In this document: positions 51,601 to 64,000 of the stretch, piece after piece
How the letters are laid out: each line of letters opens with the position of its first letter
How positions within the stretch are numbered: position 1 is the first letter of the stretch
Assembly: GCA_965153455.1 (NCBI GenBank)
Contig: OZ234494.1
Location: 3,224,001-3,288,000 of the forward strand
Length of the DNA: 64,000 nt
Origin: Sphagnum compactum
Taxonomy: Eukaryota
Direction: 5' to 3'
Position numbers and translations under genes: made by a program
Notes under the pieces: model-generated
Told to the model about the DNA's origin: nothing
The model's database searches: none
The model's input: only the letters and a program-made list of their open reading frames with translations

Positions 51601-53374
51601 TTTGACCCCTTTACCCTTATTCCAAATTCAACTCCCACAGTGGAGTGCAACTTCCAAGGCATATTGGTATAGACATTCAATGGGTTTGCGGAACTGCATT
51701 TTTGCTTACTTCCATTGGCTCATGCCATGGTATGGGCTCTCAACCCATCTCTCGTTGCTTGCCACAACCTTCACTGAAAGCCAAAGCTACAATTGGACAT
51801 AAACAATCAATACCATGTTCTAACAAATGAACAACTAAAAGAACACATAAATGATACAAATATCATTTTTTAAAAAATTGCATCAATGGATGTTTCTTTG
51901 GAACAAGGTGCAAATGATTTACAATCTAGTATGTAGATACTACATGCCATGTCCACCAAAATCAATGAACACCTATTTACCCACTTGTACATGTGATATA
52001 TTATTCCACACAATATTTGACAAGATGTATCTGTATTACACCCAAGACAAGACCTTGACATGATTTTGATTAACTGGTTAGATTACACACCTACCACTTC
52101 TACCAGTAAAGGAATTATATCAGCAATGGAAGAAGGTGATGCTTGGCTTTTTAAAACAACAAAAGCAAAGTAATTTGCAAAGGAGAGCAGATGGCTTTTT
52201 TAGAGGCCATCCCAAGCCTATTCATCACTCATTGTACCAGTTTGGGTGCTGTTTCACCCAGGCCTTAATATGACAGGATTTTGAGGCCCTTCTTCCACTT
52301 AGAGACATCTTTCTAGGGACCTCAAATCTCAAAGACCCTCGCAGACCTACTTACTATACATGATAGCATTTTGCTGTACAATCTCAGTTTAGGTCTTTTT
52401 TCTGTTAGGAAGATTTCTCACAAGCATCTCATAAGTTCTTTTGGGTGTATGAAAAGGTATGCAAATGTTCAGTACCCTTGAGTAATTTCCCCATACTAGC
52501 AAGGGGGGCAAAAAGCTTTTTTAACTTTAAGCCTCAGAACAAGATTCATGCAAAGCCAAAGACCCTCAAAGAAGGGATGACATTAAAAACATGTTAATAG
52601 GACTAAACCATAAAAAACGAAAAAAGAGAATCAAACAGTTCACTTCACATTCTATGCAAAAACATCACTGTAAATGGTAGTTTCTAAAATGGGCCACCTC
52701 TGAAAGGAAAGGAGGCAATCATACTGACCTGCACCAGCACAGATAGTAGAAATCTGGCCAAGCAGCCCTTGGGAATGACCAACATTGAATTTTGAACAAG
52801 CTTTGCCACAATTTCCCGAAGCATGACCATATCTCCAATGTAGGAGCCTGCATCAGACCACACTAGCATATGCTCAAGTATTTTCAACTGCTCATCACTA
52901 CAAAGATCATAGATCTGACTTCTTTCTACTTCATATAGTCCTATGGTTAGTGATCTCACAAATGTTTTCACCTCACAATTGACTTCAGAATCCAATTGGA
53001 CAGAAAACTCTAGGTCTTCACTGTGTAGTCACATTTAGAAGTTGATTTTGCTACAGTGAGCAGAAAACACATTAGCGCTGCATACAATGTTACCAAGCTG
53101 TAGCCCTGCTTTCAAAATTGAAGATGCCAAAACAAGTAATTTCCAGTGAGGTAATCTTATGTCAGTTTTTGGCAAGAAATCTCCACCAAATCCAGACGAG
53201 ATTTAACCTCTTCATTTTCTCCCTGCAATGCTTGAAGCCAGAGAACAACTACAAGAGAATCATGAGAGAGACTGCTTCCTTAATGGCCAGATTCCAACAT
53301 ATGGTACAATTGTCCAAAAACTCCCAGAAGCCCAATCAAGACTTGTATAATTCGATTAACCACACTTAATCCAA

Positions 53375-53448
53375 TGCACATGCTCTTGAAGTGATGAAAA
53401 AATAGCTGCAGCATTAAATTCAGTGGCATAACTTCAAGAGCATGTGCA
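53375..53448. other. Inverted repeat: 22-bp stem (1 mismatch), 30-nt loop, downstream of the CHUP1-like stop
   Basis: TGCACATGCTCTTGAAGTGATG (53375-53396) pairs with CATAACTTCAAGAGCATGTGCA (53427-53448). Confidence 0.9.
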
Positions 53449-53633
53449 GCAGCATTACTTGATTTCTAGTAAGACTTCTTGTTTAGAAACCAGGATGAAA
53501 GTGCACTGATATCATAGTAATGGCAGGAGTTCCAAGGCATTCCAATTTCTTGCCAGTCACAAGAAAAGCTGCTGCCCACAATGAGATTTCAATTGGGAGG
53601 AGATAATAGAAATTCCTTGGTCAGGGTCAGCAT

Positions 53634-56600
53634 CTATGTTTTAGGATTGTTGCCAAGATGGGCTCGGTTACGAAGTGCTTCAAATGCTGCCATACTCTCA
53701 GCATCAAACCCTCCAGCAAACTGCACAAAACAAAAGAGCACAATATAAGGTGCAGTTTGCTTTGATCTTGTTGGCAATACCCTTAGGGGCACATAGCTCT
53801 ATGAGCCCACCTGAGTGATAACCAGACTGCTACACCTACATCTTAGACAAAAGAACATTGCATTTCCAAGTTTTACCAGTTACAAACAGATATAGCACTG
53901 TACTGGGTGAACAAGGGTCCATTAACTCCAAAAAATTCAAGACTTTCTTAGTTGGTGGCATGCTGTGAGTTACATGCCAGTTCAAGAATGGACAGCAGGA
54001 ACATGTGAAAAGTGATGTGAACATTTTGAAACCTGGTGGACACGGAATGCGAATTGAACCCCTTGCAGTAGGAGGAATTCCAGCAATGGCTCTTTCTCTG
54101 AGGTTGCACTGAGAAGATCCAGTTCTGATGCAGCTCTCTTCATGTAAAGCCGTGCTATCCTTACAGCTCCTAACTTTATCTGCATTCCCACTGGGTAAAG
54201 CTTAGATTTAACAGGAATTCATCTTGTGATACATTTTGTCATCTTGAAGGTCTCTGTTCATTCACTGACAGCCTATCTCCATGGAAACATGCACAAATAA
54301 CATGGAACTGGTCTATACTATCACTTTAATTTGAAAGTATATCTTTCTGAAGCTATCAATGTGAACTCAGATATCAACGACAAGCAAATCGACAAGGAAG
54401 ATGATAAGAAAACATTACTTGGCCAACCAAACCAGAATCAAGCATCCATTGAGTGGGGATGTCATATTCCTTATAGCGGGTTGTTGTCATGTCTCTGCCA
54501 CGCAACAATGTGTACACACTTTTCTCCATTCTGGACCCATCAATTGCACAGTTCTGTCACTAAGTAAGGTCATAGATGCAAAGTGCAAAGAGATTAAAAC
54601 TCTCTACAACCAGAACTTTCACATGTTCACATGTATGTCCTTCACTTGAAAATAAAGTTTCTAACCCAGCCTTCACTTATGAGCCACCAAGGATGATTTG
54701 GTCATGCCAAAATCAGGCAGCTTAAATAACCAATGGCTCACGTGGATAGGGAAATCTTTTACTTACTTCTCTTGGGCTGCCAACATTCTACTCAGTGCTA
54801 CCTCGCAGGGCAGCTCTGATTTATCTTCAAATACAGCTACTTTCTGCTGCAGCTTTTCAAGATCTTGGTATTCAAATGCAGCTTCTCTCAAAGCATCTGC
54901 CTTGCCTTCTGGCCAATCAAAATGCTTCAGCACAGCCCTCTCATCCACCTGAAACAAATCCAAATACAGCCAACTCTCTTACATCATCTCAAGCAGAAAT
55001 TTTGCAAACACCCTCAAGCCAATAAACAGCAACATTCTTGTTTGTCAATCAGGGATGGAAGCAAAGTGTTCTTGTGAAAAGGGCTTGTCAAAGAAACCAC
55101 CACACCCTTTTGGTGCTTCGAATAGCTTGAGAAGTTGAAGACAATACCAGAAACGAAAGCTCCTCATCAAGCCATCTCACAAATGCCACTACATCCTCCA
55201 TGTTAGTAAATGCAGCTGACCGCACTTCAGTTGCAAGTGCCTCCACAAACTCTTTTTGTGTCTCCACATCTGCCTTTATCTACAACACCATCACAATATT
55301 CTATCAATGTCACCCAGTGAAGAGATTCACATGAACAATCCTGTGGAGTAGAAACTTTGATCACATACCATTGGTAGCAGATGCCACACATTCCAGGGTT
55401 GAAAGACTAAAATTGCACAAGGTTGCAACTTACAGCCAAGAGATGAGTTGAGCGGTTTGCAATTTCCCCAATCATATTACTACGAGCCTCAGGGTTCTTT
55501 GCAGCCCCACTTGTGGCACTTAATGACTCCTTCCTGGCAGCACGTTTCATCAATGATTGATAGAACTGAACCACTTCAGGGACTCTCTGCATTTTAGCTT
55601 TATTTTGCTCTTGCACCTTCAGGCTTCCAAGTGGTGGTGGTGGTGGTGGTGGAGGTGGGGATGGTGCACCAGGAGGACTGCGTGATTGGGGTGGAGGAGG
55701 TGGTGGTGGCAGCATACCCCCAGTCTTTCCAGACACTTGCTTCTTACCAGGAGCTAGGCCTGAGGGCCTTGGAGGAGGCTTTGGTATCCGTTTTGCCCTT
55801 GTCTCCACTTTTGCAGGGGCAATTTTTGCAGTCTCGACTCTCTTTATCACCACTGCTTCATCTGGCTTTACCTCATGTTCTTTGCTTCTGCAAACCCTAG
55901 AGAATGTTTTTATTTGCTTTGCTCCTGTGTGCAAGATCACTGAGTCACTTCCAGCCTGTAGCTCAGAATTTGCCTTAACTTTGATCACTTGCTCATCATC
56001 CTCCATCTCTTTGACCACATTCTGTCTCTCGGTTGGCCCTTTGTGCCTGTCCCTGAAAGATGGGTACTTCTCTGACATATCAGTGCCAGACACAGACTTT
56101 GACATGAGTTGAAATGATGTGGCCACTTCATTCATAGACTCATCATCAAGCTTTCTCATGCTGACAGGTGAGTAATGTGTTCTGGACTCTGAAAACACAG
56201 ATTCAGATCGCTGTGACACTCCAACACTCAGTGAGGTCTTATACCCATCTGGTGATTCAATCTCAATGTTCTCCACAGCACGAAAGCCTGTTCTTCCTGC
56301 ATCATTACTGTTTCGGTGAGTCAGTCTCTTCAGAAAGCTTTTTGACTCAGGGCCTCCACTTTGTATGCAGTTTGGAGTTCTTCCTCGTTGAACAGATGGG
56401 CTACTAGTGAGAAGGTCATATGCTCTATTGCTACCCTTTCGTAGAGCTTTTCCTGAACCAGTCCACTTCTTCAGCTGGTGAATGAAACCTGGTTTCTTTG
56501 AGAGCTGCCATGATCCCAAAAAATCTGAAGACAAGTCACTGTAATCTCCTCCACTCCCAGAGGGGCTAGGTATATCATATACAGCACTCTCATAGCCAGA

Positions 56601-57966
56601 TTCTATCTGCTCCTTGGCTTGAATTGTGTCATCAGGCCTCGCATATTCAAGCATCAACTGCTTTGCCATGGCCTGTGACTTGGGACTCAAATTTTTGTTC
56701 AGATCAGCAGCAGTGAATTTTCCACTTGTAGACTGGAAGCTGCGGAGCTCATGGCGGAGGCAAGCGTTAACCCATCGCAAGTAGATTAGCTCCTCCACTT
56801 CACTGAATCGATCATTCTGCAACCCTTCCAGTTGTCGGCAGAGGTCCTCATTTACACGCAACAAGGTCATGGCATCTGCCTCTGCTTCTGACACTGTTTC
56901 CCTCTGTGAGAAGGTTAAATCAAAGGAATTGAAGTCAGCAATGTATTTACAAATTACTCTTCAGGACAGTAGGTCTCGTATTTCAGTGATCAGATTGAAA
57001 GAGAAGAATGGATCGGATTCTTAAGGTAGAATGAAGGGTCAAGTCCAACTCACAGTAAGGAAAGAGAGCTCATGTGCAGAAGTTTTCAGTAAATCAAAGG
57101 ATACAAAAGGAATTACATAAGACCTGATTTACATTGGATGAATGGGTGGGTTGTGATGTCACTTCATTGAGCTTTATATTAAGCTCCCGCTTATGATGTT
57201 GAAGCTCCTTGTTAGTGCGGCGGAGCTCAACTACCTCAATCTCAAGGTCTCGCAAGCTCTGCAACTTCTTTTCAAGGAGGGATTCCCTCTTTATACTTTC
57301 ATCTTCTTTGGCTTCCAATACAGAAATCTTCTGCTTCAGTTTCATGAGTTCTGCTGCAGACTGCTCTGCCTCCATATGGATCTGCTCTTGAAGCTCTCGA
57401 ATCTGTGTCCGTGCACAATCTAGATCCTTTTCCAATTTATTTTCCACAGCAAGTAAAGATTTCCTCTGAGCATCAACATCAGAAATCTTTGCAGTCTGTT
57501 CTAGTAGCCTTTGTTCCATCTCCACAAAGGCTTTTTCCTGCTCTCGGAGTCTGTAGAGCTCCACTACTTCACCTTCCCATCTCATTTCCCTCAATCTCAG
57601 CTCTTTCACAGTGGTCCTTAGTGCTTGGAGCTCTGCTGCATCCTTTGCAAGGAAATCCACATACTCACACAGAAAACTGTCACTTTCTCCTGTAAATAAG
57701 CCAGATATCTCAGAGGGTACCTCAGGGGTGCCATTTCTTCCCAGAGAGCACCGCTTTCCGGGCGGTGGACTAGTGGCTCTTGGGCCTCCTTGTCTTGGAG
57801 GTAAGTTCTCCTTGCCTCCATCCTGATACCAGTTACAGGAATTTCTTGCATGGGTGATCTTGGCATACTCAGGAGCATCTACAAGTTCACTTACATTGAT
57901 ATTACCTGTCAAGTCTCCTGGCCTTGTCACCGAATCCTCTGTATTGAAGCTGTTGACCCCTTTCAT
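53634..57966 (-). CDS. CHUP1: CHLOROPLAST UNUSUAL POSITIONING 1-like actin-organising protein; 7 coding exons, ~990 aa; 5' end uncertain
   Basis: Phase-consistent GT-AG exons (minus strand): 57966-57124, 56903-55434, 55279-55148, 54948-54767, 54530-54419, 54179-54033, 53720-53634 (2973 nt). Motifs: coiled coil EIEVVELRRTNKELQHHKREL, RFSEVEELIYLRWVNACLRHELR, NLSPKSQ..AKQLMLEYA, poly-Pro region, RVPEVVQFYQSLMKR, NMIGEIANRSTHLLAIKADVETQ, VDERAVLKHFDWPEGKADALREAAFEY, FAFRVHQFAGGFDAESM. Confidence 0.92.
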
Positions 57967-59354
57967 GCCTTCAAGGATCCCAGATTAGCTACACCACTCC
58001 ATTCAGATGACAATGCCTTGGAAATCTGGACATCCATACTCTCTCCTGACAAATACTTAGCCTGGTCTCCAAGATGCAAGTCCTGTTTCTGGTCACCACC
58101 ATCTCCCGCAACATTGCAGAAAGCAGGTAAAAAGCACTACAATGTCTTCATTCTAGCTGTCCTTCCATTCATTTCAATGGGTCTGCAACATGCAGCCTGT
58201 TTCTTGACCCTGCATAAATCATGCTCAATCTGTCTATCTTGGATCTCCTTGCCCAATTGTCTTCAATAAATTTCACTCCAAGGTTGCTGCTCTCACCATC
58301 AATCCAAATACTTGAATCGGTTTGTTCCTGCCAAGAAATGCAATGCAAAGATCACAACACAGATAGTGGCTAAGATTCCTTGTGTTCAGATTTCACCAAG
58401 CCAACAACCATTGCAGAAGAAGCAACCCCATTTTAACACTGATTTCCATGCTCATTTTCTTCAACCTGCTTTTTCTGGCTTTCACAACTGCCCATATAAT
58501 CAGATCTGGATTCTTAATCTGCAAACTAGGTACCACAATTTTTTCTTCTTCAAACTCAGAACTGTACACAAAAAAAATGTTCCATTGTTGGACTTTCATC
58601 TTCTCCCAATCTGTGTGATTCTAGTCTACTGCTGCTAGGACAGTTAACAGACTAACAAAAAATTTCCATCGCCAGGGTATGTAAGAGATCCTTTAATCCT
58701 AGATTGGGAAAGGAGCTCATGCATGCATACATACCTCTGGACACTGGTTGCTGCTGGGAAAATATTGAAGACCGAGTGAAAAGCATGTTTGCAAAAACAA
58801 AACTTTCTGTATACTGCTGCAAGTACAGGCCTTACACCTTCTTTGTGTCTGAAAAGAACAAGTGCAGCATTCAGAACCCCAACACAATAAAATATCCATG
58901 GCCTCACAACAACAGCCCTTCTCACAACAACAACAAAAACAATAACAACAACAACAGCCCATTGATGACACCTATTGGCAGAAGGAAGGAAGTTATGCAA
59001 AGCAACATGGAGATCAAGAACTGCAGGTAACTTATGAGAATCAGAGACTTGTTCAAGGTTCAAGTATTTTGAAGGATCTCGTACCAATCAAAGAGAGTTT
59101 GATCCAGATTCTCTCCTCCCTCGTCATTCTGCTGGCAAGCATGGACTAGGCTCCAAAACTTCTGCTGCAGCAGGACACGGACATCTTTGATCAGAACGAA
59201 CACTCAATGAAAATGTTGATACTAATGACGCACTAAAAAGTCTATACAGCCGCAACAGCAACACAATAAATGGAACGATCAATAACCGAAAGAGCTGGAA
59301 TAATGATCATGGAGTTGGAGAAAAGCTCCTTAGAATGCTTCGGGCGACGGTTCC

Positions 59355-59403
59355 TTTTTCTGCAATGCCATAGAGTGAAACACTCTATGGCATTGCAGAA
59401 AAA
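59355..59403. other. Perfect 23-bp inverted repeat with a 3-nt loop
   Basis: TTTTTCTGCAATGCCATAGAGTG-AAA-CACTCTATGGCATTGCAGAAAAA. Confidence 0.95.
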
Positions 59404-60212
59404 TGGAATGCAACAGAGTGTCCGGTTCCACTGTATTGTATTGCAGAAGAGTTTCAGATGCTATTAATAAGATCAGCTGCAGACTCAATCCCGAGAAACA
59501 AAAAAAATGGAGCAAGAGAGAGCGAGAGAGAGGGAAACGAAAGCCAGCAGAAGACGAAAGAACACTTCAGCATCACTCCTCAACAACAGACTAACATCAG
59601 ATCGCAATTCCAGATTCTTCATGCCTGTAATGAAGCAGTCGCTGCGACGGACGCCCCGGAAGCAGTAGCAGCACATTCAAAGCTGTCGACGACGACATGA
59701 AATTCTGTTTTTCCAAAAAGACGCCGGAAGAAAGGTTGTCGATTTCAGGGGGACAAAAAGAGACACTACTAGACAAGAAATGAGCGATATCGGAAATGAA
59801 GAGAGTGTGAGCAATGGAGGAGGAAAATTTGAGCAATGTTGTGGTTCAAGGCGAAGACGATGACAACACAGAAAACAACAACACAGCAACAACAGCAATG
59901 TACAGAAGTGAAGTGGCAAAACGAGGAAGTTTTTGGAGAGAAGAAATATGAAGGAATAATGTAGTGGGAGGGGAAATTGTTTGGTTTTGTGCGAGAGACG
60001 AATGAGAGAGAGAGAGAGAGAGAGAGAGGAGGCCAACAAGACGCTGCTGCTGCAGTTGGAAGACCACAACAAATGCGGTGCTCGAGACGAATGGCGATGG
60101 AAGCAAGCAAGCGCACAGTGCCAACGGCCCCAAAACCAACACGCAAAACGAGAAACAAACAAAGAGCGCTGAAAAAGCAGAGAGGAAGGCGGGCGGGCGG
60201 GCGGACGCGCGC

Positions 60213-60460
60213 GCAGGACATGAAACCAACCAGGAACGCGCGCAGAACAACAAACCAAGCATGTTCAGGATACAAAGAAGGCGAGCAGAACATGTACTCA
60301 AACAACATGTAGGACGAGAAACCAGGCCCGTGTGCAGAACATGGAACCGAGTGAACGCAGGACAAGATACCTGTCAGGCAGGCAGGCATGCAGAACATGG
60401 AACCAAGCGGCCGTGCAAGACAAGAAACCAAGCAGGCAGATGCGCAGGACATGAAACCAA
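60213..60460. repeat. Array of ~10 copies of a GCAGRACAWGRAACC-like motif with variable spacers
   Basis: Examples: GCAGGACATGAAACCAA (60213, 60444), GCAGAACATGGAACC (60334, 60390), GCAAGACAAGAAACCAA (60415), GTAGGACGAGAAACC (60309). Confidence 0.75.
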
Positions 60461-62239
60461 GAGATGGAATACGAGTCACCTAACCCCCCTCCCCCCCAAA
60501 CTGTAGTTGCTTCAATGTCCTGCACGTTCTTTGCCTTGGATACATGGAAATTGGGTTTGTGGGTTTGTGGGGTTTTTTTTTTTTTCTTTTGGGCGGGGGG
60601 GGGGGGGGGGGTGAATCAGCCAACTTTTGGGGCCAATTTTGTCACTACAACCCAATAAAAAAATTTAAAAAATAAAAATCCAATGCAACTCATTTGAAAA
60701 AAATTGTGACAAAATTGTACCAAAGTTACGTATAGAAATATGGTGACTATTAATTTTTTTTTAAAAAAGAAACCTAATAATAGAAATCTCTGAAAAATCC
60801 TTTTATTTTATTTTTATTTTACAATTTGCCCCCCCAATTTTTACTTATCATTATACATATTTATACCCAATTTTTTTTCTCAACAACAATTCCTACTTGT
60901 ATTTGAACTAGTAAGCCCGTGTGCCACACACATAAATTTAAACCTCGTGTAGAAAGCCACCCATCCCAATTCTATTTTGCCTAAACTTCAACTTTCTTAC
61001 CCAAACTTGTTAAATTATTTATTTTAATTTAATTTTTGGAGCCAAAATGTACTCCAATTCAATATTAAAAAAAAATTTAACATTTCATACTAGCCTAGTA
61101 TTTATTTGTATTGGATCTCTTTTAAAATTTTCATACAAGGCAATTTTTTCGGTTGGTACGAGTGTTTTCGGGTTGGTTACATGTATCCAAAATGATATAC
61201 TAAAAATAAAAAAGTGATAAAAAAATCATATGCTTTTTGAGGTTTTCTATAGCCAGAATTTGACAAAATTTCAAAAAGCTTGCCAAATTTCTATACATAG
61301 TTCAAGTAAAGTAGCCAAAAGTATAGATAGAAGGATGTTTGAAAAAAATTTACTTTCATATTTATTAGCTTGTAACCAAATTTGGCTAAATCTTCTTGTG
61401 GATCATTGCCATTTTGGCTATGTAACACAAAAATTGTCAAAACAAAACCCAGAAAAAAAAAAAAAAAAAAACACTGATCATATATACTTGGATTCCATAT
61501 TGTAGTCTTGATTTCTTTTTATGCATACATAATGCTTCTTGAGCATTAAGCTCTTATTTTTTCTTCACAAAAAAACATACATTTAATTGAATAAAAAAAA
61601 CAAAAAAACAATTCATCCCTTGACTTACATAAAAGTCATGAAGAAGCCAACATGAAAGAAAAGAGTGCTAAAACTCTCAAGATGGATTGAATATGATTTA
61701 TTTGAGACTTGGGTCAATTTTATCATCCAAAAATTGGATGATAAAATTGGTAATAGTACTTTACTCCTCTATAATAAGTATAGGAAGTTAGTTAATAAGT
61801 TCCTCACAAGTTTAGGGTTAGAAAATCTGACATTTCTAATAACAAAGTTTAGGGTACTTGTTTGCATTACAAATTTGAAGCATGTGGGAATAATGAGTTC
61901 TCAATCTGGTGAGCAGCAAATCTCATCATTGAGGCCCCTTTGCATTTTCATTCATCCATGTGAAGGCCTTGGGGGACTAGGGAGGATGATTGGAGAGTTA
62001 AACAAATTTTTACATGAATAGAGAGAGAAAGACCTTCTTCATGGACGGATGGATTGATAAATGATTCATCCAAAAATGTCTTTTAAAGAATGAAAAATAA
62101 AGTCAAAATATACTGTAGATTATTATGGAGCAATTTTCAAGCAATGGGTTGGCTTCACCACATCCAAAAAGGAAAGGAAAAACATAGATGATGGTGAAGC
62201 TTCATCTATCACCATCATACCTAACCCAGAAGGAAGAAC

Positions 62240-62845
62240 CATTCCGATGACGACGACGATGATGATGATGAGAGGAATGGATGATTTTCCCAAATGGGAT
62301 TTCACACCAATTCCAAAAAGAAAAATCATATAGATGATGATGATGATGAAGATGATGATGATGATGATGAGAGGAATGGATGATTTTTTCCAAATGGGAT
62401 TTCACACCAATTCCAAAAAGAAAACTCATATAGATGATGGTGAAGATGATGATGATGATGAGAGGAATGGATGAATTTTTCCAAATGGGATTTCACACCA
62501 ATTCCAAAAAGAGAAATCATATAGATGATGATGATGATGAGAGGAATGGATGATTTTTTCCAAATGGGATTTCACACCAATTCCAAAAAGAAAAATCATA
62601 TAGATGATGATGATGATGATGATGATGAGAGGAATGGATGATTTTTTCCAAATGGGATTTCACACCAAATCCAAAAAGAAAAAACCATATCGATGATGAT
62701 GAAGATGATGAGAGGAATGGATGATTTTTTCCAACGGGGATTTCACACCAAATCCAAAAGGAAAATCCGAATAGATGATGATGAAGATGATGATGAGAAT
62801 GGATGATTTTTTTCCAAATGGGTATTCACAACAAATCCAAAAGAG
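62240..62845. repeat. Compound satellite: 7 units of a ~60-bp core, each preceded by a variable (GAT)n tract
   Basis: Core GAGAGGAATGGATGATTTTTTCCAAATGGGATTTCACACCAATTCCAAAAAGAAAAATCATATA occurs seven times. Confidence 0.92.
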
Positions 62846-64000
62846 AGAGGGAAAAAAAAAAGAAAAAAAAGTCAAAAATTTAAGAGAAAAAAAATTTTCT
62901 GCATAAACTTTAAACTTCTGACTATACACAGAAGTTAATTTATTTATGTAATTTATTTATTCATTCTTTTTTCCTACTGCACAAAAATAATGTCTGGCAG
63001 ATTGGGGAATGTGGAAGGATTTTCAAATTCAAAAAAAGGCTCAGTGGGTATTAACTAGGGTTGAAAGCTAGTTAGTGTTTTGAACTCACACATTTGGCGC
63101 AAAAAACTAACTACCCATTTTACTCAACAACTTACATGACCCAATGAAGAGAGAGAATCAGTTGTGTAGGCTTTTTGTCTGGAGTTTCAGACTCAATGGA
63201 GTTGGTTTAGGGTTTCCTTCAGAGTGGACCCAAGAAACCCCCAAAAAAAAAAACTAAAGGTACCCAAATGTACCTACCAGCCTAATCCTTTGCTTCCAGA
63301 GAGACAAGATCCAAAAATAATATTTAACTTATTATTTAGTATTTTTTTTAAAATTATATAATTTTTTTGAGAAAGTGAAAAATTAAAAACTTCATAAATC
63401 TAGGTGCCTATTCCCCATATTGAGCAAACAAATTTGTTTTGAGAAGTGGGTTGTTGTTTCAGAGTTTAGTGGCAGAGGAGGAAATTGTGTAGTAATAGTG
63501 TGGATGGATGGATGAAAGGAATGGATGAATCTAAAGTCAACAGTTACCCATCAGATGATGGATGAATAATAGAATTGGTTAAAAACTTATGACAGGATTT
63601 TATTTTTTTACTGATGCATTTAATGGGTCTTCCATCTTAATGAGTTGAGGTAAAGACAGTAAAAGATGGGGGGGGGGGGGGGGGTGTGGGGAGAGAAAAA
63701 AAAAAAATCTTTACTTAAGTTTTACCAAATTTGTTCATCATCCAATTGATTACAAGTTTTAAATGTCAAGTTCATCCATTTTGTTCATCCATTTCATCAT
63801 TCCTCCTTTTCATCTGCTTTTTGAAATTCACAAAACACCCATTGCAAATGAAAATTGTTAGTTCAAATAGAGTTAAAAAAGAGCCACCTGTTACTTGTTG
63901 CCCTTCATCCTTCCTTCATCCATCCTTGCATTGTGACTTAGGAGTCACCCCATACCACTCATTCAACAATCATTTGGATTTCATTCATTTGTGGGTCATG

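Noticed and set aside
25936..57966. NCED, MAA3 and CHUP1 as a functional gene cluster
   Set aside because: They act in unrelated pathways and are separated by TE-rich spacers; nothing in the sequence indicates co-regulation.
60213..60460. CRISPR-like short repeats with variable spacers
   Set aside because: The repeats are degenerate, the spacers are only ~5-18 bp, and there are no cas genes.
59677..60525. Several 110-236 aa overlapping ORFs
   Set aside because: They arise from GC-rich repeats and (GA)n, are open in many frames at once, and show no recognisable domain.
62123..62929. Poly-His, poly-Ser and poly-Ile ORFs
   Set aside because: Translations of the (GAT)n satellite.

Overview
Eukaryotic land-plant nuclear DNA. 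The repeat style and gene structure suggest a bryophyte, probably Sphagnum (inference, not verified). Three protein-coding genes can be reconstructed: (1) an intronless NCED (ABA biosynthesis), + 25936-27951; (2) a 20-exon MAA3/Sen1-like SF1 helicase, + 35249-45688, about 843 aa, with a GC-AG intron; (3) a 7-exon CHUP1-like gene, - 53634-57966, about 990 aa, whose N-terminal membrane anchor appears missing or frameshifted. The rest is mostly decayed transposons: a ZNF862-like hAT transposase remnant, a gag-only Ty3/Gypsy LTR element with a MITE nested in its 3' LTR, Tourist-like MITEs, a 127-bp CACTA foldback upstream of the helicase, and several minisatellites. The most notable non-coding signals are strong 22-23 bp hairpins on both sides of the CHUP1-like gene, motif arrays upstream of NCED and CHUP1, and chained uORFs before NCED. 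No CRISPR array, rRNA or tRNA was seen, and I cannot support a claim of a wholly new system; the findings are testable leads.
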